From contig NC_043006.1 of assembly GCF_006345805.1 (NCBI RefSeq), positions 31,248,001 to 31,312,000 of the forward strand: DNA of 64,000 bases. Reading direction: 5' to 3'. Source of the stretch: Octopus sinensis (taxonomy: Eukaryota). The position numbers were made by a program, and so were the translations under genes. Of this stretch, positions 25,455-38,099 are shown piece by piece; the first letter of the stretch is position 1, and each line of letters starts with the position of its first letter. Below the pieces are notes generated by a model, which was not told the origin of the DNA, searched no databases, and was given only the letters and a program-made list of their open reading frames with translations.

Positions 25455-25507
25455 CATATACCATGGTTTCAGATTCTGGCCCGAAGGCCTCAACCTTCTT
25501 CAGTATG
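25455..25507 (-). ncRNA. Type I hammerhead motif, family H2, intact core
   Basis: Minus strand: CAUA-CUGAAGA-AGGUU-GA-GGCC(UUCG)GGCC-AG-AAUCU-GAA-ACCAUGGU-A/UAUG. Stem I CAUA:UAUG; palindromic stem III. Confidence 0.85.
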
Positions 25508-25560
25508 TATATATACTTATATTAAAATATATTTATACATTCATACACGCATGCATGCAG

Positions 25561-25647
<87 letters not shown>

Positions 25648-26049
25648 CCGTTATTAGTGAGATGAATGAACAAAGACGTATTCCATCCAATGAGAGGTAA
25701 ATCTCATTTGATATAAATAAGATTTAAATGTGACCTACTAAAAGTTTCATGCTTGGATAATGCAATAATCGGACGAGCTTGAATAGCCTGTTGCCTGATA
25801 ATACAAGACACGCTATATAACCTCGTTCGACTCTTGTCCATGAAACTTATAGTCGTTCCTATTGAAGTTCTGTGTATATTAAATTACGTGCAAATATATT
25901 TTAATTTACTTTTGTTGACACTCCGTCGGTTTCGACGATGAGTGTTCCAGCTGATCTGATCAACGGAAAAAAACCTACTCGTAAAATTAACGTGCGAGCG
26001 GATGAGCATTCCACTGACATGCGTACCCTTAACATAGTTCTCAAGGAGA

Positions 26050-26245
26050 TTCAGCGTGACACAGAATGTCACGAGGCTGGTTCCCTTTTGAATTACAGGT
26101 ACAACTCATTTTTGCCAGCTGAGTGGACTGGGGGCAATGCGAAATAAGGTATCTTGCTCAAGGACAGAACGCGTCGCCAGAGATCGAACTCATGACCTTA
26201 CGATCGTGAACCGAACACACTAACCACTAAACCATGCGCCTTCAC
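26050..26245 (-). mobile_element. SINE family C-related partial copy
   Basis: Reverse complement of the ggcgcatgg..tagtggttag head seen at 10431. Confidence 0.7.
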
Positions 26246-27469
26246 ATATAATTTAATAGCAACGATAACAAGAACAACACTACCTTCAACAATAACAGCA
26301 AAATACTACTACTACTACTACTACTACTATGAAAAAGGGAGCTGGAAAATGTGAGGGAAGTGTGTGCTGGAAGTGTTGAATCGAGTCCAATTAAGTGTAA
26401 ATGGTAGAGGATGATGGCGGCACATTCAGGTGGCACCGCCTCTCCTCTGCGACCCCTGCTCCTTTTATCTCTTTCGTTGTTGGTTTGATGTGAATTTGAT
26501 TATGTTGAATGTTAAAATAAAAGAGTTTGGTTGTGTGTGGGGTGGGCTGTAGGGGGATGGGGAAGTGGCTGTGAGATAGAGAGTGTGTGTGGAGGGGGAG
26601 GAAAAGAAGGGATTGAAAAATAGGGGTAAGAGGGAGTAGTAAAGAAAATAAAAAGAGGAGAGTCAGAGAGATAGAGAGAGAGAGGGGGAAAGAAAGAGAA
26701 ACAAAATGACTTATGTGTAAAACTGAAGTACTGTTGTTTAACCCTCGGTCACCCTTGACCAAGCAGATCTCTGCTCAAAGACATTCCATCACGACCATTC
26801 CATATTTTTTAAAGATAACTTAGACTAGAATATCCATCAGTCCTTGCCCTTCGTTTGAATGACATTTGATGGTTGTTTCTAGCAAGCCATGTGACCACGT
26901 AGTGGCTCCCTTATTAACACGTATGAAATGTTAAAGTGACGCAGGTGTAGTAAGGTTGAAGGTTTAACAATTTTATTTCGTGACTACAAGCTCCTGGGTT
27001 CAATCCCGTGGCATGACATCAACGGGTAGATGTCATTTTCAATAACTCTGGGTGTACCATATGTTGCGACTGAAATTTGGTTGAAGGAAACTGCATAGAA
27101 GCCCGTCGGGTGTATTGTACTTGTTCTTCAAAACTGCGTGACAAAGATTCTATTACACGTCTGCGGAATACTCAGACACTTATACGTTTATTCAGGAGCA
27201 GGTAATTCAGTTGAATCTTCCTTGCCGAACGCCGAGAATCACCAGTTCAATCGTGATACCCTCATAGGTGTCAATTACGTTATTTAATGATAAGAACAAA
27301 TGAACCTGGTAACAAAACAGGTGTTTATTAGAATGTTTGGGAAAATATCCCGGAGAGCCAACTGCTCGAACACTTTATGACAAAATGGATTCCGGTATGT
27401 AGGGTATGGTGAGGAATGGAATTTTAGATAATTAAAATTTGACTCTAATCTTTTAATCTTTTCTAATAT

Positions 27470-27687
27470 TTTAATCCTTTACTTGTTTCAGTCATTTTGA
27501 CTGTGGCCATGCTGAAGCACCGCCTTTTGTCGAACATATCAACCCCAAGACTTATTCTTTGTAAGCCTAGTACTTATTCTATCGGTCTCTTTTTGCCGAA
27601 CCGCTAAGTTACGGGGATGTAAACATACCAACATCGGTTGTCAAGTGACGGTGGTGGGGAACAAACATAGACACACAAACATATATA
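27470..27687 (-). mobile_element. SINE family A, 3' half, ending at the Helitron-like insertion
   Basis: Sequence similarity; stops at the internal microsatellite. Confidence 0.8.
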
Positions 27688-28822
27688 TACTAGCAGCATA
27701 GCCCGGCGTTGCCCGGGTATGTAAGAGCCCCTAGTAGGCAACGACTAATCCCAATCTAGTCCTTTTCCCTCTAGGGAACGAAGGTGCATGTGTAGGTTGC
27801 AATGTCTTCTCTTCACTCCCAAATAACTATCAAACAGCTATCGATAATTCAACCCAACCAATTCCTCCCAGGAAGAAATTACATTCGAGACTTTACCCCC
27901 AACACCGCCACTTCTAATAGCTGCTGCAGCCGCAAGTTATTCGAATACTTTTTTTTGTTTAAACTTTCTTTATAACTACCACCCCAAACGTTTTACCTTA
28001 AATTTTTGACGTACCCTAAGGGTCCTCGGACGCTACTTGTAAACTCTTGGTTTATTATAAACCGCTTTTGTCGTGTGCACCAAAAACCCTTTTCCATTCG
28101 TTTGTTCAGTTTGGTCACTTTTGACTTTTTCGTTGTTGTCACTCACATTGCTGCCCGCTTTTTTGCTGTTTTTGTACATTTTTATACATTTTGGGATACT
28201 TACCCAACGTGTTCCGAGAGTCAAAAAGGTCAGTCTGTGGTTTGTGTTTAATACACAAATCGGTTTGCTATGTGTGCCACATATGATTTAATTAACCGAT
28301 TTTTTCCAGTAATAAAGTATCCTATTGGAATAAAAAGGGCCATATAGCTCCTTGGAGCAGACATGATGCTCGCTGTGAATATTTTAAAAATTCCTGCCAA
28401 TTTGTGAAAGATATTGTCGAAAATATATCATCTTGAATTTGAACGCGATTTCCCAAAATGGCATGATTTTATCGACTTTTTCTGATGGTAAGGTATTGCA
28501 TGAAAAACTAACGTCAGAATTAAGTTTCTTAGGGTAACATTAAGCTTCACCATGAGTTTGGTGAAAATCGATTACAAGTTGCAAAAACTACAATAGAAAA
28601 TGTGTTGCATATAAAAAGCTTAGATTCTCGACCCCATGTCGAATTTATCGATTTTTTTCAGAACTGGGGGAACTTTTCAAAATTTTCGCTGCGTTAGTTT
28701 TGAATTATGACATTGGGCTATGTGTGTGTCAAGTTTTATCAGAATCGGTTGAAAGCCGTGGTCAGGGTGAGGGTACAACCTGACAGACACACAGACAAAC
28801 AGCCGTTTATATAGAGAGAGAT
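27688..28822 (+). mobile_element. Non-autonomous Helitron/Helentron-like element (Lep1-type ends)
   Basis: 5' end TACTAGC...CCCGGCGTTGCCCGGG hairpin; 3' end CAGACACACAGACAAAC...TTTATATAGAGAGAGAT; no coding capacity. Confidence 0.6.
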
Positions 28823-28839
28823 ATATATCAACCATCAAT

Positions 28840-30500
28840 AGCATTGTGACTGCAATTTCCATACGTGTATCAAACCTATCAGCTAACGAAAATATATTTA
28901 ATAAATATGCCCCTATTTATAATAATGCCTTAAAACTAAGCAGATTTACTAATAGTATTACGTATACGCTTAATACAAAATTAAAAATTAAGCATTTTCC
29001 AATAGCTAATATTATGGACAATAAGAAACAGACTTCGGATTATATAAATTAACCAGTTGATACCCTACAAGCCCACATGAAGTTGGAAAAGACCAGTAGT
29101 ACGAACTATAATAATAATAATAATGATACAAGGAAGGGGAATAAAGTTGAAAATGAAGCTAATGATAGTGATAAAAATTGTAGTGAAAATAGTGCTGATA
29201 CCGGCTCAATGGATGATAAAGATAATAACAGATGTAGAGATAGTGGTAATAAACATTCTAGATTTGAAATGAATTATAATGTTAATACAATAACAAATGA
29301 ACATGTAAGTAACTGTGAATATGAAAGAAAAATTAACAAAAATTTAAACAAAACAATGATATACATATAAATAAAAATAAAAATAAAAATGTAGATGCGG
29401 ATTTGAATGTAAATAAGAGTAAGATCATAAACTACTCCACGTATTGCAATAGAAGACAAATATTATCTGGCAAGCCAATTTCAAATACAAAATCTAGAGT
29501 CCGTCAGGTAATTTGGTTTGCCCCTCCCTTTTCACTAAGAGTGAAAGGTCTTCCAAAATTATTTTTCAAATTGTTGAAGGAAATTTCCCTAAGCATCAAA
29601 AATACTACACTATTTGTAACAAATCATCAATAAAGCTGGCCTATTCGGTTACTCCCAATCTGGGGTCTATCATACTGTAATGATAGAAATAATAATAATA
29701 ATAATGATGATGGTGATAATAGTAGTCCTAATAATGGTGACAATAACAATAATATTGATAAGAATATTAAATCTAATAATATGCGACTCATTAATGGCAC
29801 TATAGATACTAGTAACGGCATTAAGGAAGCCTGTGAAAAGGAATATGAAAGGTGTAAAAGAAATCCAAACGTTGATATGAGTAATGGTAGTAAGAATGGC
29901 AGCGGTAATGATGATAATAGTAATAATAATAATAATAATATCAGTAAAACAAATAATCCAAATGAAGGTTTGAATGAAAGTAAAATGAATGCGGTCGATC
30001 CTGACAATGGGGAGACGGGAGAAAGTGGTATGTTAAGTAATGCTAGCAATAAACCCAATAAATGGGAAGTAAAGTGTAATTGTAGGGACCCTTCAAAATG
30101 TCCGGTTAATGGAAATTGTTGTCAGAATAATGTAATTTATAAATGTAGCGTACAAATTCATAATGGCCAAAGAAGAACCTATGTCGGTAGCACGATAGAC
30201 TTCTAGCAAAGGTATAGGAGTCACCTTAGTTCTTTTAAGGATCCAAAATATAGGACATCCACCGCATTGGCATCGTTTATAAACGACCTTAGGGAAAAGA
30301 GTATAGAATTCAAATTATCTTGGTCCATCCTGGCTCACGCCCCTCCCTTTGGTATCGGATCTACTAGATGTGGATTATGTATTATGGAGGCATACTTTAC
30401 AATCATGCTATGCTAAATAAATTTACTGTTGCAATTACGGCTTGCACACATAAGATACACTCGACGTTTTTAAAGAAATTTAAAAATGAAAATAAATATA
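28840..30500 (+). mobile_element. Penelope-like element 3' half (RT thumb, Asn-rich linkers, Cys-rich motif, GIY-YIG endonuclease)
   Basis: IFNKYAPIYNNALK, VIWFAPPFS and CNCRDPSKCPVNGNCCQNNVIYKC...TYVGST; after one stop, RYRSHLSSF...STALA...WSIL...CGLC. Confidence 0.88.
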
Positions 30501-30959
30501 AGGATAAGAATAAGAGTAATAATAATAAAAAATTCATAATACTAATTCGAAGTAAGGATAAAGATGATAATGTAGATTTTAAAATCTAAAATCTAAAATC
30601 TGTAATTTAAAATTTAAAATGTAAATGAAAATAATATTATAATTAATGAAGTAAATATTAGTAGGTAGTATTTTATGTCGGTAAGGATTGAATTGGTATG
30701 ATTTGAACTAGGATAGCTAACTTCAGATAAGCACTGGAATGGAATTAAAAATACAATAATAAAAAAATACTATAATAGAATGGTCTGAAATGAGCTTAAC
30801 ACAGGCCTTTAATTCAATATACTAGGTCATGCTAATGAGTTAATATAACTGTTTTATAAGGGGATTAGTGAATTGTCAATAAGACTTTTTTGAAATTGAC
30901 TAGAATGTAACGAAGTAAGTTGTCCTTTTATATGTTGGCTATCATTGTGTCTTGTGAAG

Positions 30960-31045
30960 CATCCTGGTGAGGGGAGTGTCTGTTTCATTAAAATATGAAA
31001 TTGATATCGTATTATCGGACACGTCTCCGAAACGGCCCGTCGATG
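30960..31045 (+). ncRNA. Type I hammerhead motif, family H3, A6G core change, in the 3' terminal region of the Penelope element
   Basis: CAUC-CUGGUGA-GGGGAGUGUC...GACAC-G-UCUCC-GAA-ACGGCCCGU-C/GAUG. Stem I CAUC:GAUG. Confidence 0.72.
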
Positions 31046-31754
31046 GAACATTATCTTCGTGTATTAGTATGTCCTATTAATGTTGTAATAATTTCAAATT
31101 TTCCACTGGACTCCGTGTTGTAACTTGTGAATTTTATTACCCTGTATCTTGTGTGAATTAATAATTATCGTGTATATTATTAATTCAATAAGTCTTATAT
31201 TATGTTGATGTTTTATATTTTACCTGTATGCTTATATATATGAACATTCTGAATATTTTTGAATACGTATTTTTGATATTATATCATATCGACGTTTTAT
31301 ATCTATTTTATATCTATTTGTATATCTATTTTATGTATTTATATATTTATATTTATATGTTTATATACTTGTATGCTTTAATACTGTATTATCTGGAACT
31401 TTATATTGATTTATAGAGGTCCAATGGAAGTACACATATATATTGAATATTCTATTGGATAATAGGTTATGTTCCTCTAGTTTTCTTCTGGTATTGCCTC
31501 CATTGAAATTATAAATTGGAACTTGTGGTAAGCAAGTTTCTTACCACTCACCCACTCCTGCGCCTATGTTGAGAAACATAATTTTCTATTTTAAATGACG
31601 TCATGAATGTATGCATGTATATGTATTAATGACGTCACATACTTAATGCATGTGTTTTTGTTTATGCGTTTATTGGTTGCGGAATTCGACCAGGGAAAAG
31701 TCGCTTTAAGATATTCTGTATTCGTCGGAGCGTTGTCTTCATTTTGGTTGTTGC

Positions 31755-31802
31755 TTTTACAACGTTTCGGCTGTTGTACACTTCAGCCTTGATTAAGTCT
31801 CT
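31755..31802 (-). ncRNA. Decayed hammerhead-like motif
   Basis: GGCUG...CAGCC-GAAACGU is intact, but the CUGANGA box has decayed to CUUAAUCA. Confidence 0.35.
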
Positions 31803-32819
31803 TGCGATTTACCTTAGTGCTTTGCAAGGAATTGAACTCAGAACTTCAAGGTGACTGCACAGCATCAAAGAACCTGCACTGCATTAACTAGCACCTTTAT
31901 TCACTACGCTCTGACCGTAGGCAGTGTCAGAGTGAAATCATTTCAGGTAACAACGATGAGGACACCACTGCGACTAATGTATAATATAAAAATTCCTCAT
32001 CTCAGAAAATACAGAATCCTTTTAAGATGTAAAAAGAACAAAAAAAAAAAACCCCACTGAATACCTCAAACCAGACGAAACAAATCTCCTCATAGGTGAA
32101 CGAGAACAATGGACATCGATATCTCGCTTGTTATTTCTGCTTATCAGAACATATCAGTAATATTTACGTTATTCTAACTCAAAATTGAATTTTCTTTTAC
32201 TTGTGCGGCGCTGTTTCACATCAGCGAATAGACATTACAATATCTGTATATATACCTCTGACCAGCGATTCTAATTCGTTTCGACCTGACTCGGTTATAC
32301 GGTACCGGTGAGCTGAAATAACTGCGCAATCTCGACATCCACCGTTCTGGTTCAGCTAAGGGGCGATTCGTTTCGCCTGGTCATGAGATACGTTTAATGT
32401 TTTTTAACACTCGGCCTCTTAAAAGACTTTTCCCCCGGACGAAATTCTGCAACCAATAAGCGTATAAACAAATTACATTAAGTATGTGACATCGGTAAAC
32501 GTTTGCAGTATTAGAGCTGCTGAGTGTGTGCGTATGCGTGCGTGTGCATGTGTGTGTGTGTGTGTGTGTGTGCGTGTGTGTATGTGCCTGTACACGCACA
32601 CACACACACACACACATATATACATACACATATGTATGTGTGTATGTGTGTGTGTACACACACAAATGCGCATCTATGCCACTAACGTATGTGATGGTCA
32701 CGGCTGGAATACCTTTGATTAGAGATCTGGAGACGCAGTGAGACGGCACGAAAGCGGGAGGAGGTAAACATGTATTGGCACAAAACCTCTTGTCAATATC
32801 TGCAAATGAAGGTGTGAGT

Positions 32820-33400
32820 GCCAAAAATGTATTTGGTCCATTTGACCCCACCCCTTCCCCACCCAGGTGTTGAGATCCCTTGCTACGACTCTGACTAGGT
32901 TTGCAAGATCAGGAGTCAAATCACATCAACAATATTTCCGGCGTAACTTTGACAGTATTTTCGCATCTGAATAGGGGTCGATAACAGGTCGCAGAACCCC
33001 TTAAGAGGCGAAGCCTTTTGATATAATCTTTGTAATTCAGGCGGAAGGTTGGCGATTCTGAGTGGAAGATTCGACGATTAAATCGATAAGAACTTGACAG
33101 GGAAATTACCAACCCTTGAAGGATAAAATTGAAGTTCACCTCGACAAAATATGAAGTCGAACACAGAGCGAATGCTGCCAATCATTGTATTCGACGTTCT
33201 AATTGTGATTCTGCTTATCCGGCGCCATATTCTTAGATCAAACAATGATCTCCAGCAACAACACAGATGTAAGCCATTGTGGCGACTCCTTTCGGACTCC
33301 TTTCAATATTTAATTGATTTCATTGATCCCAACCACTTTATGTTATTGACTCCGGTGCTCTTATGCACCCCTGTCGAAATATGACAAAATTATTCTACAG
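32820..33400 (+). pseudogene. Possible ancient Gypsy gag-protease remnant
   Basis: Manual translation gives PLYVIDSGA (aspartic-protease-like DSGA) near 33335-33360, with weak gag-like stretches upstream; many stops. Confidence 0.3.
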
Positions 33401-34289
33401 AAAAATAATTTTACCTGGATTTTGGTATTGCAGTGTCCATAAGACCTATTTTAAGGTAACATTGTTCGAAAGTATAATAGGCGAAGTCGACGCCATCGCG
33501 AGTTGAACTCATCTTATAAAAGGCCTTTGCTAAGCGCAAGGCATTTTGTCCGATGCTCTACCGATTATGCTATACACCGCCTTCGTCTTCTAAATTAAAT
33601 ATTTTTTCTTTTCTTTTACTGGACCCCTAAATATCTCAGGATAATAGGGGATTGTTGTTCATATTGGGTGATGTGTATGAGGTCCCCAGCGGCGTTAGCA
33701 TTGCAAATCTTTTCAAACGGCTTCAACTGAAATCGAACCCTGGACGCGGGCCTAGCTCGCCGGAAGCTTATTTCCTCCCTCTTTTTCCCCTGCCTCACTC
33801 ACCGCTTCTTGCCTCTGTTTAATGATAATCATAAATAATACCAGCTACGAGATCAACGATTTGCCTAATTGTCTTTTTGCCTGCAAGAGAGAATGACGGA
33901 GAATAATGACGACGACAACAACAACACAACAACAACACTATTGATAAGGAGAGTGACAAGGGGAGGGGGCAGTGGTAGGGAATTTGATGATGATGATGAT
34001 GATGGTGATAAATACAGTTATCAAGTAATATTTGATAATATAGATGCTGTTTATGTTTCTTGTTATGGGCTCGCTCAAGCCACCACCACCGCCACCATCA
34101 TCATAATCATCATCAACATCATCATCACCATTCTCATCTCTATTATATCATTATTGTTTTGATTTTTTTTTCTCATGATGAAGCCCCACCCCAAACACAC
34201 CCCCACTGTTTTTGCCACACAGTTTTATAGTAGTGTTCTTTGTAATCCATCACCCTTCTGGCAAATAAAAATTTTAAAAAAGCTATTAT

Positions 34290-34366
34290 TATTATTACTA
34301 TCATTATTTTTATTTAAAAATGCAAATTGCCATTATCATCATCATCATCATCATAATAATGATAAA

Positions 34367-34399
<33 letters not shown>

Positions 34400-34540
34400 T
34401 AGTAGTGGTGGTGGTGGTGGTGGTGGTGGTGGTGGTAGTAGTAGCAGCAGCAGCAGCGTTGGTGGTGGAGGAGGAGGTGGTGGTATTGTTATCATCATCA
34501 TCATCATCATCATTATCATCGTCATTATTATTATTATTTT
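34290..34540 (+). repeat. Compound triplet microsatellite (ATC/AAT/GGT/AGC/GGA)
   Basis: Directly visible. Confidence 0.95.
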
Positions 34541-35333
34541 GGCACTTCAGTGATAGGAGGGGTGGGTGGGAGGCAGTTAATGTTGTTTAGTTTACGTTTT
34601 TTTTAACACTTGTTTTCTGTATTTGTTTTGTATGTTTCGTGTGCATTTAGTGTGAATAAATTTTAGTTGTCTTTATTTTTTTTTATTAAATTTATTCATT
34701 TATTTATTCAACTATCTTTTTCGCCGCCTTTTATCCCCCTTTTTTTTTTTTATCCATTCTCTACCACATCCCTCTCCGTATCCCACCAGGACTTCTTCGG
34801 CGTGTCTCCCTGGTGTGAAATGCCATTAGCCACACGTGTCATGTGAGCCACCGATTTCGCGACACGGTCGCCATCTTGTCTTCTTGCAACGTCGCGACGG
34901 ACAAGTGTGCTGTACAACACACACACACACAACATGGTATAGGACAAGGGCGGACCCAACCGTGATGCTCTGTGGAGATAGATATAATCAAAACGAAGAA
35001 GAAGAAGAAGAAGAAGAAAGGAAAGGAAAGCAGGTAAAAGATACGGAAGTACTTGGTGAGACAAGGACAAACCCAAAACTGCAATGAATACGCGTTTATT
35101 TGGCCGAGAGCTAGGTAACACGTGACTTCTGCTATCGATTATTTTTTTATCATGAGTAAAAACTTTAAGCACCATACACACACACATGCACACACACACA
35201 CACGCACACACACACACACACACTCAAACACACATGCACGTGCAAATCTATGCACATACATACACATGCTCACTCGCACACCTAATTAGAAACACATACA
35301 AACAAAAACAATTATATACGTTAAAAGTGAATC

Positions 35334-35394
<61 letters not shown>

Positions 35395-35474
35395 TTCTTT
35401 ACACACAGATATATACATATGTAAGTGTATGTATATGTATGTATATATGTGTGTGCATTATGTAAGTGTACATG

Positions 35475-35506
<32 letters not shown>

Positions 35507-35738
35507 CGTCTGTGTGTGTGTATATATATGCGTCTATCTATCTATCTATATATATATATGTGTGTGTGTGTGTATGTATATATATATATATATATATATA
35601 GATGCATACACACACACATACACAGTTATGGTATATTCCGTTAAGAACATAGTAAAGTACAATATAAACCTCGTCCACCCTCAGAGTTCACCCTGTGGTA
35701 TTCATTATTGAAAAAATTAGCGTCAACTTTTTCAATCG

Positions 35739-35792
<54 letters not shown>

Positions 35793-35877
35793 ATATATAT
35801 ATGTACAAACATTTTTCTATTCACGAGCATACGTCTGTCTGTCTCTCTTCTTCTCTTTCTTTCTCCCTCTCTTTATT

Positions 35878-35978
<101 letters not shown>

Positions 35979-36318
35979 TTCCTTCCCAATACATCCCTTC
36001 AAAATTCTAGACGTCTGTTACTTCGAAGTTTCTCTGTCAAGGCTTATCAAAAATTACGTGCATACATAGATCCATGCATGAATATGTACATACATGCATA
36101 CATACACACATACATTCATTCATACATACATGCGTGCTTACATACATATATACATACATACGTACATACATACATGCATACGTACGTACGTACATACATA
36201 CATACATACATACATAGTTGGAATTTACAATAAAAAAAGCAAACAAAACAAAAGACGAAGGCAGGTGTTGTAGACAACAAACAGATGTATTAGTTTAACG
36301 CTCGAGAAGTGAGAAAAT

Positions 36319-36354
36319 CTTTTACGTTTCGAGCCTACGCTCTTCGACAGAAAG
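36319..36354 (-). ncRNA. Minimal type I hammerhead motif, family H1, with A6U core change
   Basis: Minus strand: CUUU-CUGUCGA-A-GAGC(GUAG)GCUC-GAAACGUA/AAAG. Confidence 0.6.
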
Positions 36355-36650
36355 GCACACAGAAATAAACAGGGAGAGAAAATGGAAAAAGGTTTAGTGG
36401 GTAGCGATCAACATGCGTACATACATACATACATACATACATACATACATACATACATACATACACTTTCAGTTTCATACCTATTATTCTTGGAGCAACG
36501 GGATCTATACCATCCTATCTGGAGCAAAATATGGCTGAACTTGGGCCCTTGGGTGAGAGAATACAAATCCTTAATTCATACCTTATAAATTATCGTGATA
36601 GCTGAGAATATAGATATCTGCAAGACTTCTTAATATTTAAAGTATGAGAA

Positions 36651-37050
36651 GGCGGCGTGCTGGCAGAATCGTTAGGACGCCGGGCGAAATGCTTAGCGGT
36701 ATTTCGTCTGTCGCTACGTTCTGAGTTCAAATTCCGCCGAGGTCAATTTTGTCTTTCATCCTTTCGGGGTCGATTAAATAAGTACCAGTTACGCACTGGG
36801 TCGATGTAATCGACTTAATCCGTTTGTCTGTCCTTGCTTGTCCCCTCTGTGTTTAGCCCCTTGTGGGTAGTAAAGAAATAGGTATTTCGTCTGCCGTTAC
36901 GTTCTGAGTTCAAATTCTGCCGAGGTCGACTTTGCCTTTCATCCTTTCGGGGTCGATAAGTTAAGTGGCAGTTGTGTACTGGGGTCGATCTAGTCGACTG
37001 GCTCTCTTCTCCCAAAAATTTCAGGCCTTGTGCCTAGAGTAAAAGAGAAT
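36651..37050 (+). mobile_element. Dimeric SINE family B
   Basis: Two tandem B bodies (ggtatttcgtctg...gagttcaaatt...ggggtcgat) joined by a linker; the second lacks the A-box head. Confidence 0.85.
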
Positions 37051-37319
37051 ATTTAAAAGATGATGAACAAAACAAATTGCCTTCTTTCACAACCTTGCTG
37101 CAAAGTATGTGATCGGTCAAAATTAAGATACAGACAGACATACATACATTCATTCATACATACATACATACTTACATACACACATACATACTTATACACG
37201 CACACCCACACACACATACAATCAAGTAATATATATTAATATATGTATTCATGCCATCTTTTTTCACCATATTTAAGACAATAGAATATAATTTGAGGTG
37301 AGACTCGACTTTTATTTCT

Positions 37320-37430
37320 CACAGTGGCTCCTTCATTAGTCCGATTTTCTGGAATTAGGGAGTCATATCCTTCGATATGGGATACCTTGAGAGGGAAAGT
37401 TTACAAGGTAAACCTAGGACTTAGTCCAGA
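37320..37430 (+). mobile_element. Tc1-like transposase C-terminal remnant
   Basis: Resembles WP..SPD...D..WGYL..KVYK (gatatgggataccttgagagggaaagtttacaagg). Confidence 0.35.
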
Positions 37431-37747
37431 TGGATATTTAACAATTTTAGATTAATCATCAAGTCGCAAAATAAAGCTAAAATGCATAACGTTATGGATC
37501 ATCCATTGAAAGAAAAGAGTATGCAGTCTCTCGTGTTGCTTGAAATAACAACCAAATCTCACCTTGATTTATACCACACCGTCTGAACACATGAGCCTAA
37601 ACAGCAGCAGCAACGATTTGTCAAACTCTTGCAGCAGCTCTATCACTGCAACCAGTCGTGGTGGCAATAACAACAGCAGTAACGACAAAAACAGCAGCAG
37701 TAGTTGTAGTAGTAATAAGGCAAACGGCCAAAATCGAGTGTACCACC

Positions 37748-37764
<17 letters not shown>

Positions 37765-37821
<57 letters not shown>

Positions 37822-37822
37822 C
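37765..37822 (+). repeat. (AGT)n microsatellite in a low-complexity triplet region
   Basis: Directly visible. Confidence 0.95.
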
Positions 37823-38099
37823 ACAACAACGATAACCGCAGCAGGAGGAAAGGATTGTGTGGTGACAAGAAAAATACCAGCATCATCACCGCTACAACAA
37901 CCAAAATTGAAAAGAATAACAGCTCTACAACGACTTCTGCTGCTGGTAACATTAGCACCACCACCACCACCACCACCCTAACTGCCAATGGGACCACCTA
38001 AGGCATTGGAAACACCCGTACTTCACACGCTGAAGCTTTCGGTGGAGTAACCGCAAATATCGTCCTGGTTCCCATGACGGACAAGCACACAAATCTAAA

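Noticed and set aside
37564-38001. Ser/Thr/Asn-rich 145-aa ORF
   Set aside because: Product of (AGT)n, (AGC)n and (ACC)n triplet repeats; no splice or homology evidence.
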